In this document: in pieces, positions 9,923 to 20,650 of the stretch
Numbering within the stretch: the first letter of the stretch is position 1
Layout: every line of letters begins with the position of its first letter
Assembly: GCA_963803705.1 (NCBI GenBank)
Contig: CAWDNU010000004.1
Coordinates: 896,001 to 960,000, forward strand
Length of the DNA: 64,000 bases
Reading direction: 5' to 3'
Origin: an uncultured Pseudobdellovibrionaceae bacterium
GTDB lineage: Bacteria; Bdellovibrionota; Bdellovibrionia; Bdellovibrionales; UBA1609
Program-made: the position numbers and the translations under genes
The notes under the pieces: generated by a model
What the model was told of the DNA's origin: nothing
Seen by the model: the letters and a program-made list of their open reading frames with translations, nothing else
The model's database searches: none

Positions 9923-11104
9923 CTATAACTCGGAAATGAAACTTTGTAGCCGCTCTACAGACTTTCGAATGGTCTTTTCATCGACAGCGAAACTTAAACG
10001 CACAAAATCAGCTTGACCAAAGGACTGACCTGGAACCACAACCACACTTTTTGACTCAAGCAAATGGGAACAGAACTGTTCGCTAGTCCAGTTCATCTTA
10101 GTTAAGATTTTCGATATGTTTAACCAGATGTAAAACGCACCTGTTGCGGAGTGAAATGAAAATTCGGGGATTTCACTTAACAAGCTTTCGAAAAGATTTT
10201 TCCTTTCAACGAGTAATTTCTTTATATTAGGTAAATCTTGATCCATAGATTTAATGGCAGCTTCTGCTGCGGCTTGGGCAATTGAAGAGGGGCAGCCAGT
10301 AGACTGACTCTGAAAGTCGGCCATTGATTTTATCAGTTGCTGGGGGCCAATGGCCCAACCAACTCGCCAGCCTGTCATAGAATATGTTTTGGAAGCTCCG
10401 TTTATACAAATAGTGCGATCGGCAAGCTCGGGAAATTCATCCAACAGGTGCGGTGCTCTAAAAGTTTCAAATGTTAAGTATCCGTAGATGTCATCGCTAA
10501 CAATAACCACCTTAGGGTTCTTATTTAAAACTGTGCCAATGAATGCTAAATCACCTTTTGATAAACACTGACCTGATGGGTTATTGGGTGAATTTAACAA
10601 AAGTATTTTTGTTTTATCAGTGAAGGCGTCTTCAAACTTTTTCTGTAAACCTTTATCCTGCGAAATTCCATCTAGAAGTACGCCGTTCGAGCTTGCGCCG
10701 CAAAGCTCGATCATGGCGGGATAACTGACCCAAAATGGTGATTGCATCACAACTTCATGGCCTGAATCTAGTAAAACCTGGAAAGCAGCAAACAAGCTGT
10801 ATTTTGCCCCAGAGGCTACGCTTACCTGATTAGGTTTGCAGTCCAACCCATAGTCCTCAGTAAACTGAGCGGCGATAGTTTCTTTCAAAGTTGTTGTTCC
10901 TGAAGCTGGGGTATACTTTGTAAGTCCTGCATCAATGGCGGCTTTACCCGCACGACATGCTGACTCGACCGTTGGCCAATCTGGCTCACCCACTGTTAAA
11001 GACAAAATATCTTTACCCTCATCTTTTAAACTTTTAGCTTTAGCTGCTAGTTCTAAAGTTGCAGAAGGCTTCAAGTTTTTTGCTCTTGATGACAGTTCAA
11101 TCAT
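9923..11104 (-). CDS. aspC: PLP-dependent class I aminotransferase (aspartate aminotransferase)
   Basis: VGEPD, NSPNNPSG, SDDIY, SKTYSMTGWRVG. Confidence 0.9.
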   Translation of the reverse strand: MIELSSRAKNLKPSATLELAAKAKSLKDEGKDILSLTVGEPDWPTVESACRAGKAAIDAGLTKYTPASGTTTLKETIAAQFTEDYGLDCKPNQVSVASGAKYSLFAAFQVLLDSGHEVVMQSPFWVSYPAMIELCGASSNGVLLDGISQDKGLQKKFEDAFTDKTKILLLNSPNNPSGQCLSKGDLAFIGTVLNKNPKVVIVSDDIYGYLTFETFRAPHLLDEFPELADRTICINGASKTYSMTGWRVGWAIGPQQLIKSMADFQSQSTGCPSSIAQAAAEAAIKSMDQDLPNIKKLLVERKNLFESLLSEIPEFSFHSATGAFYIWLNISKILTKMNWTSEQFCSHLLESKSVVVVPGQSFGQADFVRLSFAVDEKTIRKSVERLQSFISEL

Positions 11105-11607
11105 ATTTTAGCTCCTATTTTATTTTTTGCTTTTGAAGGGATCCTTGCTTGAATGAGCTTTGCCGTTTGCTCGTTAACAAATTTGTCAATAGGAGCGCCA
11201 AAATGGACCATTTCTTTGATCGTCCTAGAAGATATGTCACGAAACTTTGGTTTGCTACACAGAAGTAGTGTCTCAACATTTGGATCAATTTCTAAATTAA
11301 TATTTGCCAGAGTTTGCTCTTGATGAAAATCCACAGTAGAGCGAACGCCCCTTACAATTGTGCTGGCACCTATTTTTTTCAAGTAATTAACAGTTAATCC
11401 GTCCCACGAATCAACCGTAACACCTTTCATATTTTTTGTGGCTAAAGTTAAAAGCTCTATCCGCTCTTCAACGCTTAGAAATGCTGGCTTTTCAAATGAC
11501 GTAGAAACCAAAACTGTAAGCCCGTCGCAAAGACGAGCTGCTCGTTCAATTATATCGATATGTCCAATTGTAACAGGATCGAAACACCCTGGATATACAG
11601 CTTTCAT
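11101..11607 (-). CDS. coaD: Phosphopantetheine adenylyltransferase
   Basis: YPGCFDPVTIGHIDII, IVRG, ISS motifs. Confidence 0.95.
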   Translation of the reverse strand: MKAVYPGCFDPVTIGHIDIIERAARLCDGLTVLVSTSFEKPAFLSVEERIELLTLATKNMKGVTVDSWDGLTVNYLKKIGASTIVRGVRSTVDFHQEQTLANINLEIDPNVETLLLCSKPKFRDISSRTIKEMVHFGAPIDKFVNEQTAKLIQARIPSKAKNKIGAKI

Positions 11608-11682
11608 GACTTGCGGCCTTCAAATTATTAAAACTTATCGTCTCGAAACTATCTCAATAACACAGTAGAAACAATACAGAAC

Positions 11683-12228
11683 TCAAATTTGATCCAACTT
11701 ATAGATCGACAAATGCTTGTCACCATAATTCTTGCGTTTTAAAAGCTTCAAATCCCCATATGAATCCATAATTTTTTCATTTTTTACTGACTCAATACAT
11801 ACGTACTTAACGTCATTACCTATATTCTGTGCAAGTATAGTCAAAACTTGATCCGCCATTTTTTCAGTAAACGGAGGGTCAATAAGAATAATATTTTCGT
11901 TAGTGACTCTGGTTTTTAGAAATTGCAAGACATCCCTTTTAGTGATTTTGTAGCCACTTATTATTTTAAGTTTGTCTAAGTTTTCTTTCAATATAGATAT
12001 CGATTTGGGGTGTGAGTCGACAAAGTGCACACTTTGAACACCTCTAGAGATCGCCTCGATCCCTAGCGAGCCCGTTCCAGAAAAAAGATCCAAGACTTCA
12101 GCATCTTTTAATTGAAACGATATTATGTTGAAGATTGTTTCTTTTACAAAATCGGTCGTCGGGCGAATATGATTGGACTTGAAGGTAACTAGGACATGGC
12201 CCTTAAACTGTCCAGCGATCACTCTCAC
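11683..12228 (-). CDS. rsmD: 16S rRNA m2G966 methyltransferase
   Basis: MRVIAG, RPTTD, LDLFSGTGSLGIEA, DPPF. Confidence 0.95.
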   Translation of the reverse strand: MRVIAGQFKGHVLVTFKSNHIRPTTDFVKETIFNIISFQLKDAEVLDLFSGTGSLGIEAISRGVQSVHFVDSHPKSISILKENLDKLKIISGYKITKRDVLQFLKTRVTNENIILIDPPFTEKMADQVLTILAQNIGNDVKYVCIESVKNEKIMDSYGDLKLLKRKNYGDKHLSIYKLDQI

Positions 12229-12596
12229 TGAGCACTTCCCAAAAAGCCTAAGCAGTGATCAGCAAAAGCAAAAATATCTTCAAAAGGCTTTCTTATAAAG
12301 TCCACTGCACCCATTTTTAGAAACTCCTCTCTAGTACCTCCAGCAGAGTAAGCCGAGATAATAACAATTTTAACATTAGTCTGACTAAGAAAATCTTTAC
12401 TGTCTTTTAGAACCTCAACAGCTCCTTTGTTGGGCATAATAACATCTAAAACTACCAGGTCAGGTTTGAAAGTAGTCCAATGATCTATAGCTTCTTGGCC
12501 ATCGGCACACATTAACACTTCACACTGCTTTTTTTCAAAAACGCGCTTTAAAGTTTTTCGAATCAGCAGTTCATCATCTGCAATTAAAACTTTCAC
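12225..12596 (-). CDS. Single-domain response regulator
   Basis: IADDE, LDVIMP, ISA, KPF receiver motifs. Confidence 0.92.
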   Translation of the reverse strand: MKVLIADDELLIRKTLKRVFEKKQCEVLMCADGQEAIDHWTTFKPDLVVLDVIMPNKGAVEVLKDSKDFLSQTNVKIVIISAYSAGGTREEFLKMGAVDFIRKPFEDIFAFADHCLGFLGSAQ

Positions 12597-14485
12597 TTAA
12601 CACCCACTGGAAATTTAATACACAGTTGAGCCCCCGGTTTCAAGCTATTCATAACAACTATATCTCCGCCAAATTGGCGTATGATTTGTCGCGAAAGAAA
12701 AAGCCCAATTCCAGTGCCTTGGTCTTCTAACTTAGTTGAAAAGAAAGGATCAAAAATTTTATCTTCGATCTCTTTTGGAATTCCAGGTCCAGAATCCCAC
12801 ACGGAAAGATTAGTGTAGTTATTGTCTTGCTCAGCAGAAATTTTGATTGAACCAGAAAAGCACATAGCCTGGCATGAGTTATAAATGATGTTAAAAAGCA
12901 CTTGCTGAACTAAACCTGTGGGGCAAGTTATGGTTTTGTTTTCCAAATTCACAAGCTCGAACCGAATATCTTTTGTTACGCTCTTCATCAAAGTTAAAGT
13001 CTTCGATACGAATGAAGATAGATCAGTACTTGTCAGATTTACTTCTGCGCCAGAAAAATCTTTTAAGTTATTAATAATGTCAAAACATCTAAGTAAGCCG
13101 CTTTGTATTTCGACAAGGTCTTCGTTCAAGGCTTCTGAAGATCCAGACTCAAGAAGCATAAAATCAACTGATGCTCGCATTCCAGTTAACGGATTTGCTA
13201 TTTGATGTATCACCTTATCTACAAGTTGTCCTAGGTACGAAAATTTTTCGGCTTTTATGTATTGAGCACGAAGGTCGTTTATAGACTCGGTGCTAACGTA
13301 ATGATGAATCCAAAGCCTTTGTTCTAGGTTTCTGTCAACATCTACTTGAAAAGAGTGTAAATTGTATTTGTCGTCTAAATTTACGTTTACAGTTTCATCA
13401 GCATTTTCTTCTTGACCTAAAGTTTGCTTAATCGGACATTTTTCGCATGGTCTGTCCCTTTCAAATAATACTTTAAAACAGTTTTGACCTTTCAAACCAG
13501 GGTCTATGTTTGACTTAACTATCTTGTAATATTCATCGATAATTAGCAGTGGGTCATCAAGGCTATCAAACGATGTGGACCACAAAAGTGAATCTCTGAT
13601 TATTTTTTCTTGGTCAAAAAGATAATCTAAAACCATTTTAAAAATGTATTGCAGATAGTTAATATACTTTTGGATACCTACTTGTGCATTATGATCAAAA
13701 TTTGAAAATTCAAAGCCAATGTAATATTCGGCGGTTGTTCCTATAGAGAACAGTTTAAATTCTAAAACTGGTCTAGAAATTATATTGGCCCAAAAGGTCT
13801 TATCTATTTTAGCTATCTGCTCGTCACTGAAGCTATTTTTATTATGCCTAGAATACTTGGAACGGATTTTATACTGTTCACCCGAATCTCTGTAAAATAT
13901 AACTAAATTTTTCACAAAAAACTTTTTAAAGGAATCGACTAAGACTTGATCGAACGATTCAAAGCTTGAAGCCTCGAGCAGGTTTTTCAGTATCAATATT
14001 GACTCTTTCTCAAATGAAACTTGCGCTTCTAATTGATCTTTGTACTGATATAGTTGCCTTGTTTTGTCTTCTACTTCAGAGTTCAAATTTTTGACTTGGT
14101 TTTCAATAAGCAAGTTTTGCGATTTTGCTCTTTGAATAATTTCGGCTTGCCTAAGATTTTTCACTTGCCGATCCTGGGTTGATCTTAAAATACTATAGGT
14201 CTGTTTCAAGCTTAAAAACGAACCGAGTGTTCCCAGAAAATGTGCTGATTGCTTTTGGTCTCTATAAAAATTAGATGAAATCAAGTCTTGGTCGCCCAAC
14301 CAAATTAAATAATCTTTATTATAGTTGGCATTTTTTATTACATCTGCAATAGGTATGATGCTGATGGCATCATCTTTATTCAACTTTGTATCTAATGATT
14401 GGTTGATATTGATATTGGGCTTATTTTCTTTTAAAAGACTTAGCTCTTTAGGGATATCAGAGCTCGACAACCAATGTAAATTCAT
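12593..14485 (-). CDS. Cytoplasmic sensor histidine kinase
   Basis: H-box HQIANPL, N-box, DSGPGI, FDPFFSTK, GTGIGL; PAS-like region with C...CxxCP. Confidence 0.9.
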   Translation of the reverse strand: MNLHWLSSSDIPKELSLLKENKPNININQSLDTKLNKDDAISIIPIADVIKNANYNKDYLIWLGDQDLISSNFYRDQKQSAHFLGTLGSFLSLKQTYSILRSTQDRQVKNLRQAEIIQRAKSQNLLIENQVKNLNSEVEDKTRQLYQYKDQLEAQVSFEKESILILKNLLEASSFESFDQVLVDSFKKFFVKNLVIFYRDSGEQYKIRSKYSRHNKNSFSDEQIAKIDKTFWANIISRPVLEFKLFSIGTTAEYYIGFEFSNFDHNAQVGIQKYINYLQYIFKMVLDYLFDQEKIIRDSLLWSTSFDSLDDPLLIIDEYYKIVKSNIDPGLKGQNCFKVLFERDRPCEKCPIKQTLGQEENADETVNVNLDDKYNLHSFQVDVDRNLEQRLWIHHYVSTESINDLRAQYIKAEKFSYLGQLVDKVIHQIANPLTGMRASVDFMLLESGSSEALNEDLVEIQSGLLRCFDIINNLKDFSGAEVNLTSTDLSSFVSKTLTLMKSVTKDIRFELVNLENKTITCPTGLVQQVLFNIIYNSCQAMCFSGSIKISAEQDNNYTNLSVWDSGPGIPKEIEDKIFDPFFSTKLEDQGTGIGLFLSRQIIRQFGGDIVVMNSLKPGAQLCIKFPVGVK

Positions 14486-14835
14486 TCAATTAAATTTAGC
14501 CCGGAGTCTGCGTACATTGACATGATTTCAAGATCTTGCTCAATAATCACTGTTACAATTTTTTTCTTTACTTGTTGCTTGCTTAAAATTTTAATCTTTG
14601 AATCCTCTATGTCCACAAAATCTATCTCTCTAAATGAGCAAGCTCTTTCAATCAAAATATCAATCTTACTGATTTTTTGTAGAATAACTTCTCTACGGGT
14701 ATAAAAATTTTTGAAATGATTTTGAGTTACTGATTTTTTACGCGCAAGTTTCAAAAATAATTCATTCTGATTTGCAAAATCCTCTAACGCATTATTCTTC
14801 ATTTCTAAAAGGTGAATAATTTCAAGTCCGACCAT
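14482..14835 (-). CDS. Helical hypothetical protein, FliT-like
   Basis: 117-aa helical ORF (FYTRREVILQKI) overlapping the kinase start; family assignment is tentative. Confidence 0.5.
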   Translation of the reverse strand: MVGLEIIHLLEMKNNALEDFANQNELFLKLARKKSVTQNHFKNFYTRREVILQKISKIDILIERACSFREIDFVDIEDSKIKILSKQQVKKKIVTVIIEQDLEIMSMYADSGLNLIE

Positions 14836-15223
14836 TTTTACCCCTGTTTAGAATTATTATGCCTGTAAGTGGTTTATTAAAAAGTCTGGATTCGCTTTCT
14901 GGTGCCAATTATAGACTGAGTGTCAGGGACCTTAGGCCGGATTATCAAAAGCCTATTTCGCCAGGTTGACGTTTTAATTCAAGGCCGGCAGAAGTTAAGG
15001 TTCTGTTCTGGACCATTTAACCTTGGAAACCACGGGTAGATTGTTTCTTTTTTGAACTGCATAACTTCAAGTGTATTCATTGCTAAATGAGATTCTGACC
15101 CTCTATAGCCCTAGTGGTATTTAAACAAATGTAGTCGGCGCGACTGAGGTGTCATCCAACCGCAAGAATGACAATATTGCGTCTTGTAAGACTGGTTGAA
15201 ACACTAAACCTTGTGCGGCACGA

Positions 15224-15247
15224 CCAGCATTCGGAACCTGGCACCTG
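15224..15247 (+). repeat. Dispersed 24-bp repeat, copy 1 (REP-like)
   Basis: CCAGCATTCGGAACCTGGCACCTG is the exact reverse complement of 41998-42021. Confidence 0.8.
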
Positions 15248-15379
15248 TCCCAATTTGAAACAAATTATCACACAAATTATCTATCACTTTTAAGTGTCTA
15301 ACTTTTAGTGGCCTGGAAACAGACCATGCACAGACATTTGACAGGCTCGCAACCACTTTGCTGTAAGCATATTAAATCA

Positions 15380-15395
15380 TGGCACGTCTACTGCA
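15380..15395 (+). promoter_or_regulatory. Sigma54 -24/-12 promoter
   Basis: TGGCACGTCTACTGCA with GG-N10-GC spacing, 36 nt before ATG 15432. Confidence 0.7.
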
Positions 15396-15431
15396 AAAGT
15401 AAGTGTAAATAAACTTTAGCAGTGGGGAGCT

Positions 15432-16553
15432 ATGGATCCATTATTCAGAAATTTTTTACTATTCATATCAGGTTTTGTAATGGCAGTGTTTATTGTCAAA
15501 AATCCTGTGGGCGTAAAAAATATTGGGTCCGATGCTATAGTTTTTGAAGACAGCATTGATCAGATACCTGCAAAATTTGATGAAGGCTCCTTAACTCGTT
15601 TTAGGAAATCAGTTGCTGGCATCAATCCAGGAGCTAGAAAAATCAGAAGTCAGGACGAAAATTACCTAGAGAGCAAATCCTATTATACACCTTCTAGGTC
15701 AGACTTAACTGCTTCTGCCCGCCCGGAAGTTTCAAATGATCAAGTGCCAACTGCACCGCCAACAGGAAGAACTGAGGATGAACAGGATCCTGAAAATAAA
15801 TCAGATGTATCGAGTTCTGATAGCACCGGCTCTCAAACTAACTTTTTTGCCCAGGAAAGCTTTGGAAAAAATAATAATAGGGTAGATGATAAATCAGAAA
15901 AAGATTTAAGTTCAATGGCATCTTTCGCAGGCGCCATTACACCCACCATTGAAACAAGAAACGATAATCTAAATCAGGGTACAAGATCGGGACCTGGCGG
16001 CGCTTCACAGCGTTCACAAGGGCTTGCTGATAAAAATGAACAACTGGGTGTTATACCCGCTGACTTTACTGCTTCAGGTTTACAAACTGCAAAAGCTTTA
16101 CACTCTACAAACAGTATTTCCGAGATAGAATATTTGGATTATCTTAGCCTAGGCTTAAATTCAACAGACACAGCTTTAAAAACCTCTGCCGTTTTTGAAA
16201 CTGTTAGTTTGAAAACTCGAGACGCTTTTACTTTTCAAGCTCAGTTCGCTAACTCTTCGGCCACAAACCTTCAGCTAGCAAGTACTGCCGTATCTGCTCA
16301 GTATAAAACGGTCAATGACTTAAACTTTTTAAGCCAGATGATCTCTGATGAGTCATCCGTCGAAACTCAGCTATGGGCTGTGCGAAGTTTAAATATCGTT
16401 GTTAGTGAATCTACTATGGACTTTAACAATCAGCAGATTAGAGATGCCCTTGTAAACAATGTTTACAATAGCTTAGTAGCATTAGAGTCTGGTCACCCTG
16501 CATTTGACCTGGCAAGAAATATTTCCGCCGATATCAACCAAAAGCTTTCATAA
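15432..16553 (+). CDS. Membrane-anchored hypothetical protein, disordered middle and helical C-terminus
   Basis: GGGGAG SD, N-terminal TM segment, Ser/Asp/Pro-rich linker. Confidence 0.75.
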   Translation: MDPLFRNFLLFISGFVMAVFIVKNPVGVKNIGSDAIVFEDSIDQIPAKFDEGSLTRFRKSVAGINPGARKIRSQDENYLESKSYYTPSRSDLTASARPEVSNDQVPTAPPTGRTEDEQDPENKSDVSSSDSTGSQTNFFAQESFGKNNNRVDDKSEKDLSSMASFAGAITPTIETRNDNLNQGTRSGPGGASQRSQGLADKNEQLGVIPADFTASGLQTAKALHSTNSISEIEYLDYLSLGLNSTDTALKTSAVFETVSLKTRDAFTFQAQFANSSATNLQLASTAVSAQYKTVNDLNFLSQMISDESSVETQLWAVRSLNIVVSESTMDFNNQQIRDALVNNVYNSLVALESGHPAFDLARNISADINQKLS

Positions 16554-16600
16554 ACAGTTTGCAATCTAAGCTATAAGTCCCATATATTCTGATTTAGAAT

Positions 16601-17380
16601 ATGAAAATTATAAAACTTGCTGTCAGTGATTTTAGCCTAAAATTCCTTCTTTTGACTTTTTTGATATCAAGCTTTTTGTCGACTAACTGTTTTGCAGAGG
16701 CTTTGCCGTCAATGCTGACAAAAAAGCAAAGAAAAGAAACCCTACCCTATTTTTCTACTTCGTACGCCCAGAACTTGACCACGCGGCCTTATTTTGTGGG
16801 AAGCTATCCCGGTCTAGAAGTTGGAGGCTCCATTGGTTATAGAAGCTTATCAGATGTTCAAAATGATTTTCCAACCGACGAAGTAAGAGACGAAATTATT
16901 TTTACACAAATTTTTATAAAGAAGTCCCTCGTTCATAGGTTAGAACTTTCCTTCTCGTCCACGGTCACTTCCTTAGGCACAACCCAATTGTCGGGTTTTG
17001 GAGGAATGTTAACTTGGCACCCATATAGTCTAAACCGGTTTAATTTTTTACCCATCCTATCTATTTACACAAATTATATGAACTTCGAAGACAGCCTAAC
17101 CTATCAGGAAACAGGCCTACAACTGAGTGTCGGCCATAATTTACCAAATATGTCTTTTACAGGTGGTCTAAGCTTAAGCCAATTTAGCGCTAGATTCTCG
17201 GGATCGAGTCAGGGTAGGCAAATAACAGCCTCTGGCGAATCTGAAAAAGAGACAGTTATTCTTCCGACATACTTTGCCACTTTCAGCTTTGAAGTGAATC
17301 GATATATTTTCTCTTTGACGCAAAATTTCACAGTTCAATCGGGCTGGAACCCAATTTTGACAACTTCATATCAATTCTAA
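16601..17380 (+). CDS. Putative outer-membrane beta-barrel protein
   Basis: Signal peptide, amphipathic strands, C-terminal YQF. Confidence 0.65.
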   Translation: MKIIKLAVSDFSLKFLLLTFLISSFLSTNCFAEALPSMLTKKQRKETLPYFSTSYAQNLTTRPYFVGSYPGLEVGGSIGYRSLSDVQNDFPTDEVRDEIIFTQIFIKKSLVHRLELSFSSTVTSLGTTQLSGFGGMLTWHPYSLNRFNFLPILSIYTNYMNFEDSLTYQETGLQLSVGHNLPNMSFTGGLSLSQFSARFSGSSQGRQITASGESEKETVILPTYFATFSFEVNRYIFSLTQNFTVQSGWNPILTTSYQF

Positions 17381-17392
17381 ATTTAAGGTAGG

Positions 17393-18220
17393 TTAAATTT
17401 TTTCTCCGTGTAGCTCTAATCCTGAAAAATAGACTAGCAGGTCCTTATTAAAAAAATGTGACAAAATCGGGAACAATACAAACCCGGAAATAAAAATAAC
17501 GAAAGTACGAATAAAAACTCGCAGAGGATAAGTAGCTTTATCTTGATCACATAGGGAACCCAAATGTAAATGATACATCCACTCGCCTATTGTGCGTCCG
17601 AAAAAACATCTGGCAACAATAAGGTACAAAAAACCTATGGATAAGGTGAGAGCAAAAAACTGACTTTTCAAAGCCCCGTTGTAAGGCATTGCTAAAATCA
17701 CGTCCGTTAAACTTTTCCCTGTAGATGCAAAGTACAATGTAGAAAAAATCATACATAAAGAAATCAACGTTAACACATCCATCATAATAGCTAACAATGA
17801 TGGCTTGATGGGTTTTGAGTTGTCTTTTCTTATACCGTCATGGCCAGAAAACCTTAAAGTGACGACTTCTACAGGTGAACTCACTTTTTTGGGCACATAG
17901 AACGGATTATCAACAACTGTTGGATTAGAAAAAGTGTCTCGGTCAACGACGCCATCTTCTTTGGGCGCTAAGCCTAAATCGATATCTCCGCCCCAAGAAT
18001 TTTGATTTTTAACAACTTTTTTTTTGGGCTCTTTAAGTTCATCCCCAAACTGGTCACTAAGGTCAAAACTTGGGTAAGTGGGCTTTGTTATTTCTGCTTT
18101 TGAATGTGGAGCAGCGAAATCCAAGTTATCAGCTTCGAACCTAACTTTCTTCTGATGGAAACCCAGTCCCGAAGACAAGGGTTTAAAGTCAATATTTTCA
18201 TCAAGCTCACTATCCTTCAT
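17393..18220 (-). CDS. RDD-family membrane protein
   Basis: C-terminal TM segments with GRTIGEW and LRVFIR; N-terminal FKPLSSGLGFH. Confidence 0.7.
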   Translation of the reverse strand: MKDSELDENIDFKPLSSGLGFHQKKVRFEADNLDFAAPHSKAEITKPTYPSFDLSDQFGDELKEPKKKVVKNQNSWGGDIDLGLAPKEDGVVDRDTFSNPTVVDNPFYVPKKVSSPVEVVTLRFSGHDGIRKDNSKPIKPSLLAIMMDVLTLISLCMIFSTLYFASTGKSLTDVILAMPYNGALKSQFFALTLSIGFLYLIVARCFFGRTIGEWMYHLHLGSLCDQDKATYPLRVFIRTFVIFISGFVLFPILSHFFNKDLLVYFSGLELHGEKI

Positions 18221-18285
18221 TTTTTCCTCTAATAAACTTTTTATCCTTGTAACTCTTAGATAGCTGAAAGCTAAAACTTAGGGCT

Positions 18286-19104
18286 TCAAAATAAGTCATA
18301 TTTATACTTTAAAACGGACACGATTGACACGCAAGCTGTTTCAACTCTTAAAACTTGCTCTCCCAGGGATAAAGAAGGCACTCCAAAATCCTTGAACATT
18401 TTATTTTCTAATTCTGAAAAGCCGCCTTCTGAACCAATGAAAACCCACAGATTGTTGATCTGTGAATCATCTGGATTTTGCTTATCCATGTAAGAACTTA
18501 AACTTTGGGCACGACCTTCATAAAAAGCCAATACCCTTGTTGTTTTAAAATCAAACTCTTTTGTGGAAGTCTCAAGCACTTGCTGCAACGACTGAGTCGG
18601 TTGAATAATCAACTCCTCAGCTCTTGCACTTTGCTGGCACGCTGAGGTAACTATTTTTCTTAATCGCTGGGACTTTTCTCCTATTTTATCTTTAGATTTA
18701 AAAAAGCTGAAGTCCGAATAAAATGGGGTGATGCTAAATACACCTAATTCAACGATCTTTTCTACTACAGACTCTAGTGTTTTTAATTTGGGTAAAGATA
18801 AAGCTAGGTGGATGTGGGGCTTGGGCAATACAGGAATTGACCTTTTAGAAAGCACATCAACCACCATAGTGTGTCTGAATATATCGATGACTTTAACATG
18901 ATATAAGAAGGCTTTTTTGCTAGCAGCTTCAGGCTTATCTGACAGGCCATGCTTTGAAAGCTTTGTTGATCTTAGTGCCGGTAACAGCTCAAATTCGCTG
19001 CCAATACCTTGTCTGCAGACTGTATGAACGTGTTTAAATAGGTCGCCAGAGACTGCGAAGGGTACTCCAATTTCCAAATCATCGTCCACCCAATATCTTC
19101 TCAT
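18286..19104 (-). CDS. rsmE: 16S rRNA m3U1498 methyltransferase
   Basis: EKIVELGV, IGSEGGFS, LGEQVLRVETA. Confidence 0.93.
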   Translation of the reverse strand: MRRYWVDDDLEIGVPFAVSGDLFKHVHTVCRQGIGSEFELLPALRSTKLSKHGLSDKPEAASKKAFLYHVKVIDIFRHTMVVDVLSKRSIPVLPKPHIHLALSLPKLKTLESVVEKIVELGVFSITPFYSDFSFFKSKDKIGEKSQRLRKIVTSACQQSARAEELIIQPTQSLQQVLETSTKEFDFKTTRVLAFYEGRAQSLSSYMDKQNPDDSQINNLWVFIGSEGGFSELENKMFKDFGVPSLSLGEQVLRVETACVSIVSVLKYKYDLF

Positions 19105-19167
19105 GAAATCCTCGTAGTGAAATGCTAAGCGAAGATCGAAACTAATTAGTTTTAGCCGTCGCAGTTT

Positions 19168-20046
19168 TTATCTCTTTAGTACGTAACCATGCCAAATATC
19201 GTTTTTATAGGCACTGACTATCTTAAGGCCTAAGCTTTCGATAAATTTTTGTCTAAAATTTTCGTTTCGTTCTTCTAAAATGCCAGACACAATCAATGTT
19301 GTTGTAAAACTATTAGAAATACTTTTTTTCAAGTCGATTAAAACGCCATCGATGATATTTGCTACTACCAGTGAAAATCTACTATCAGTATTAACGACAA
19401 ACCTTTCATCTTCGACCTTTATTTTAGATATCTGATTAAGTGCAAAGTTTTCCAGACATTTTTCCCTGGCCATCGGATCTATTTCTGCTGCCACTCCTGC
19501 CTGAATTCCCCTTTGATACATCATTATACTAAGTATACCTGTACCGGCGCCTAAATCCAGAAAGCTATTATAAGTGCCTGCTACCAGCGTCTCATCGATC
19601 ATCTTAGCCATCATCTGCGTAGTTGGGTGGGTACCGGTGCCGAATGCTAGGCCTGGGTTTATCTTGATTTGTTTTCCTGCTGGCACATCTGCACTCAACC
19701 ACATTGGCACGACCCAATGACCAGGAACAATTTCAAAAATTTTGTAATGTTTTTTCCACTCTGCAATCCAGTCCCTTTGAAGCTCTTCTTTAACTTCTAC
19801 ACTCTTACAGAAATTTTTTAAAATCAGTAACTGTTCAGCTTCAATAGGTTTTTCAAAATAAGCGACCAGGGTCACTAGGTCAGTGTTTTTGATAATTGGT
19901 TCAAAATTCGCTGCGGTCTGAACAAAATCTAGCTTTTGACTGACGCCGCTTGCACCCAAATCAAAAAGAAAAGAGGACACTAAGTCCTCTTCTGCATTTA
20001 TTACTCCGTGAACAAGTATTTCAAAATAAGTCGACATCATCTGCAA
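19168..20046 (-). CDS. prmA: Ribosomal protein L11 methyltransferase
   Basis: NPGLAFGTGTHPTT, DLGAGTGILS, VANI, SGIL. Confidence 0.93.
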   Translation of the reverse strand: MQMMSTYFEILVHGVINAEEDLVSSFLFDLGASGVSQKLDFVQTAANFEPIIKNTDLVTLVAYFEKPIEAEQLLILKNFCKSVEVKEELQRDWIAEWKKHYKIFEIVPGHWVVPMWLSADVPAGKQIKINPGLAFGTGTHPTTQMMAKMIDETLVAGTYNSFLDLGAGTGILSIMMYQRGIQAGVAAEIDPMAREKCLENFALNQISKIKVEDERFVVNTDSRFSLVVANIIDGVLIDLKKSISNSFTTTLIVSGILEERNENFRQKFIESLGLKIVSAYKNDIWHGYVLKR

Positions 20047-20482
20047 CCCTATTTTTTAACACTTCAAAGACAGGGAACTGAACTTGCAACTTTTGATTTG
20101 CCATAATGAACTGATATCCAATTCTGTCTTTTTGATTAATAACAATAGGAGCTTTCAAATTTGCCGTCATACCTTCAGCTTCTGATGTTACCCGAACGAT
20201 ACAGTAGAAGTCAGCGACTTCGAGTTCCTCTAGAGCTAACTTCTGGCGATCGGCAGCTGTTAGCGCAAGCTTGTCAGTTTCTGTTATAAATCCCGCTTCA
20301 ATTACTGGAAAGGCGACTTCTTTCTTGTCGCAACTCTGCAGCCATACAAAAACGTCATCAGTGGGATCACTTACAAATATAAATTTTTTAAAATGAGAAA
20401 AGCCAAGTAGACCTTCCGGAAAGATTACAACTTCATCTAACGGGACACTAACTGGTCCCACCACTGTGTTTATATCAAGCAT
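20021..20482 (-). CDS. fliW: Flagellar assembly factor / CsrA antagonist FliW
   Basis: FPEGLLGF, WLQS, TANLKAPIVIN. Confidence 0.93.
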   Translation of the reverse strand: MLDINTVVGPVSVPLDEVVIFPEGLLGFSHFKKFIFVSDPTDDVFVWLQSCDKKEVAFPVIEAGFITETDKLALTAADRQKLALEELEVADFYCIVRVTSEAEGMTANLKAPIVINQKDRIGYQFIMANQKLQVQFPVFEVLKNRVADDVDLF

Positions 20483-20650
20483 GGAATTCCCCCTCCAACG
20501 TTGATTTATTTTCTTAAAATACCTTAAGTCCCCTAACTAAAATATCCCACCATAAAAGATCTTAAAGTGCCACCAGCGGTGTAGATACGCGTCATACCTA
20601 TTTCAAAAGGCTTACAATGGGCTCCAAATAGTGCTTAAATATTGGGCTAA

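Noticed and set aside
14915..14975. c-di-GMP-I riboswitch as a feature call
   Set aside because: Only the CCGGCCTAA segment and a GAAA-type hairpin match; the ligand-binding junction motifs are missing.
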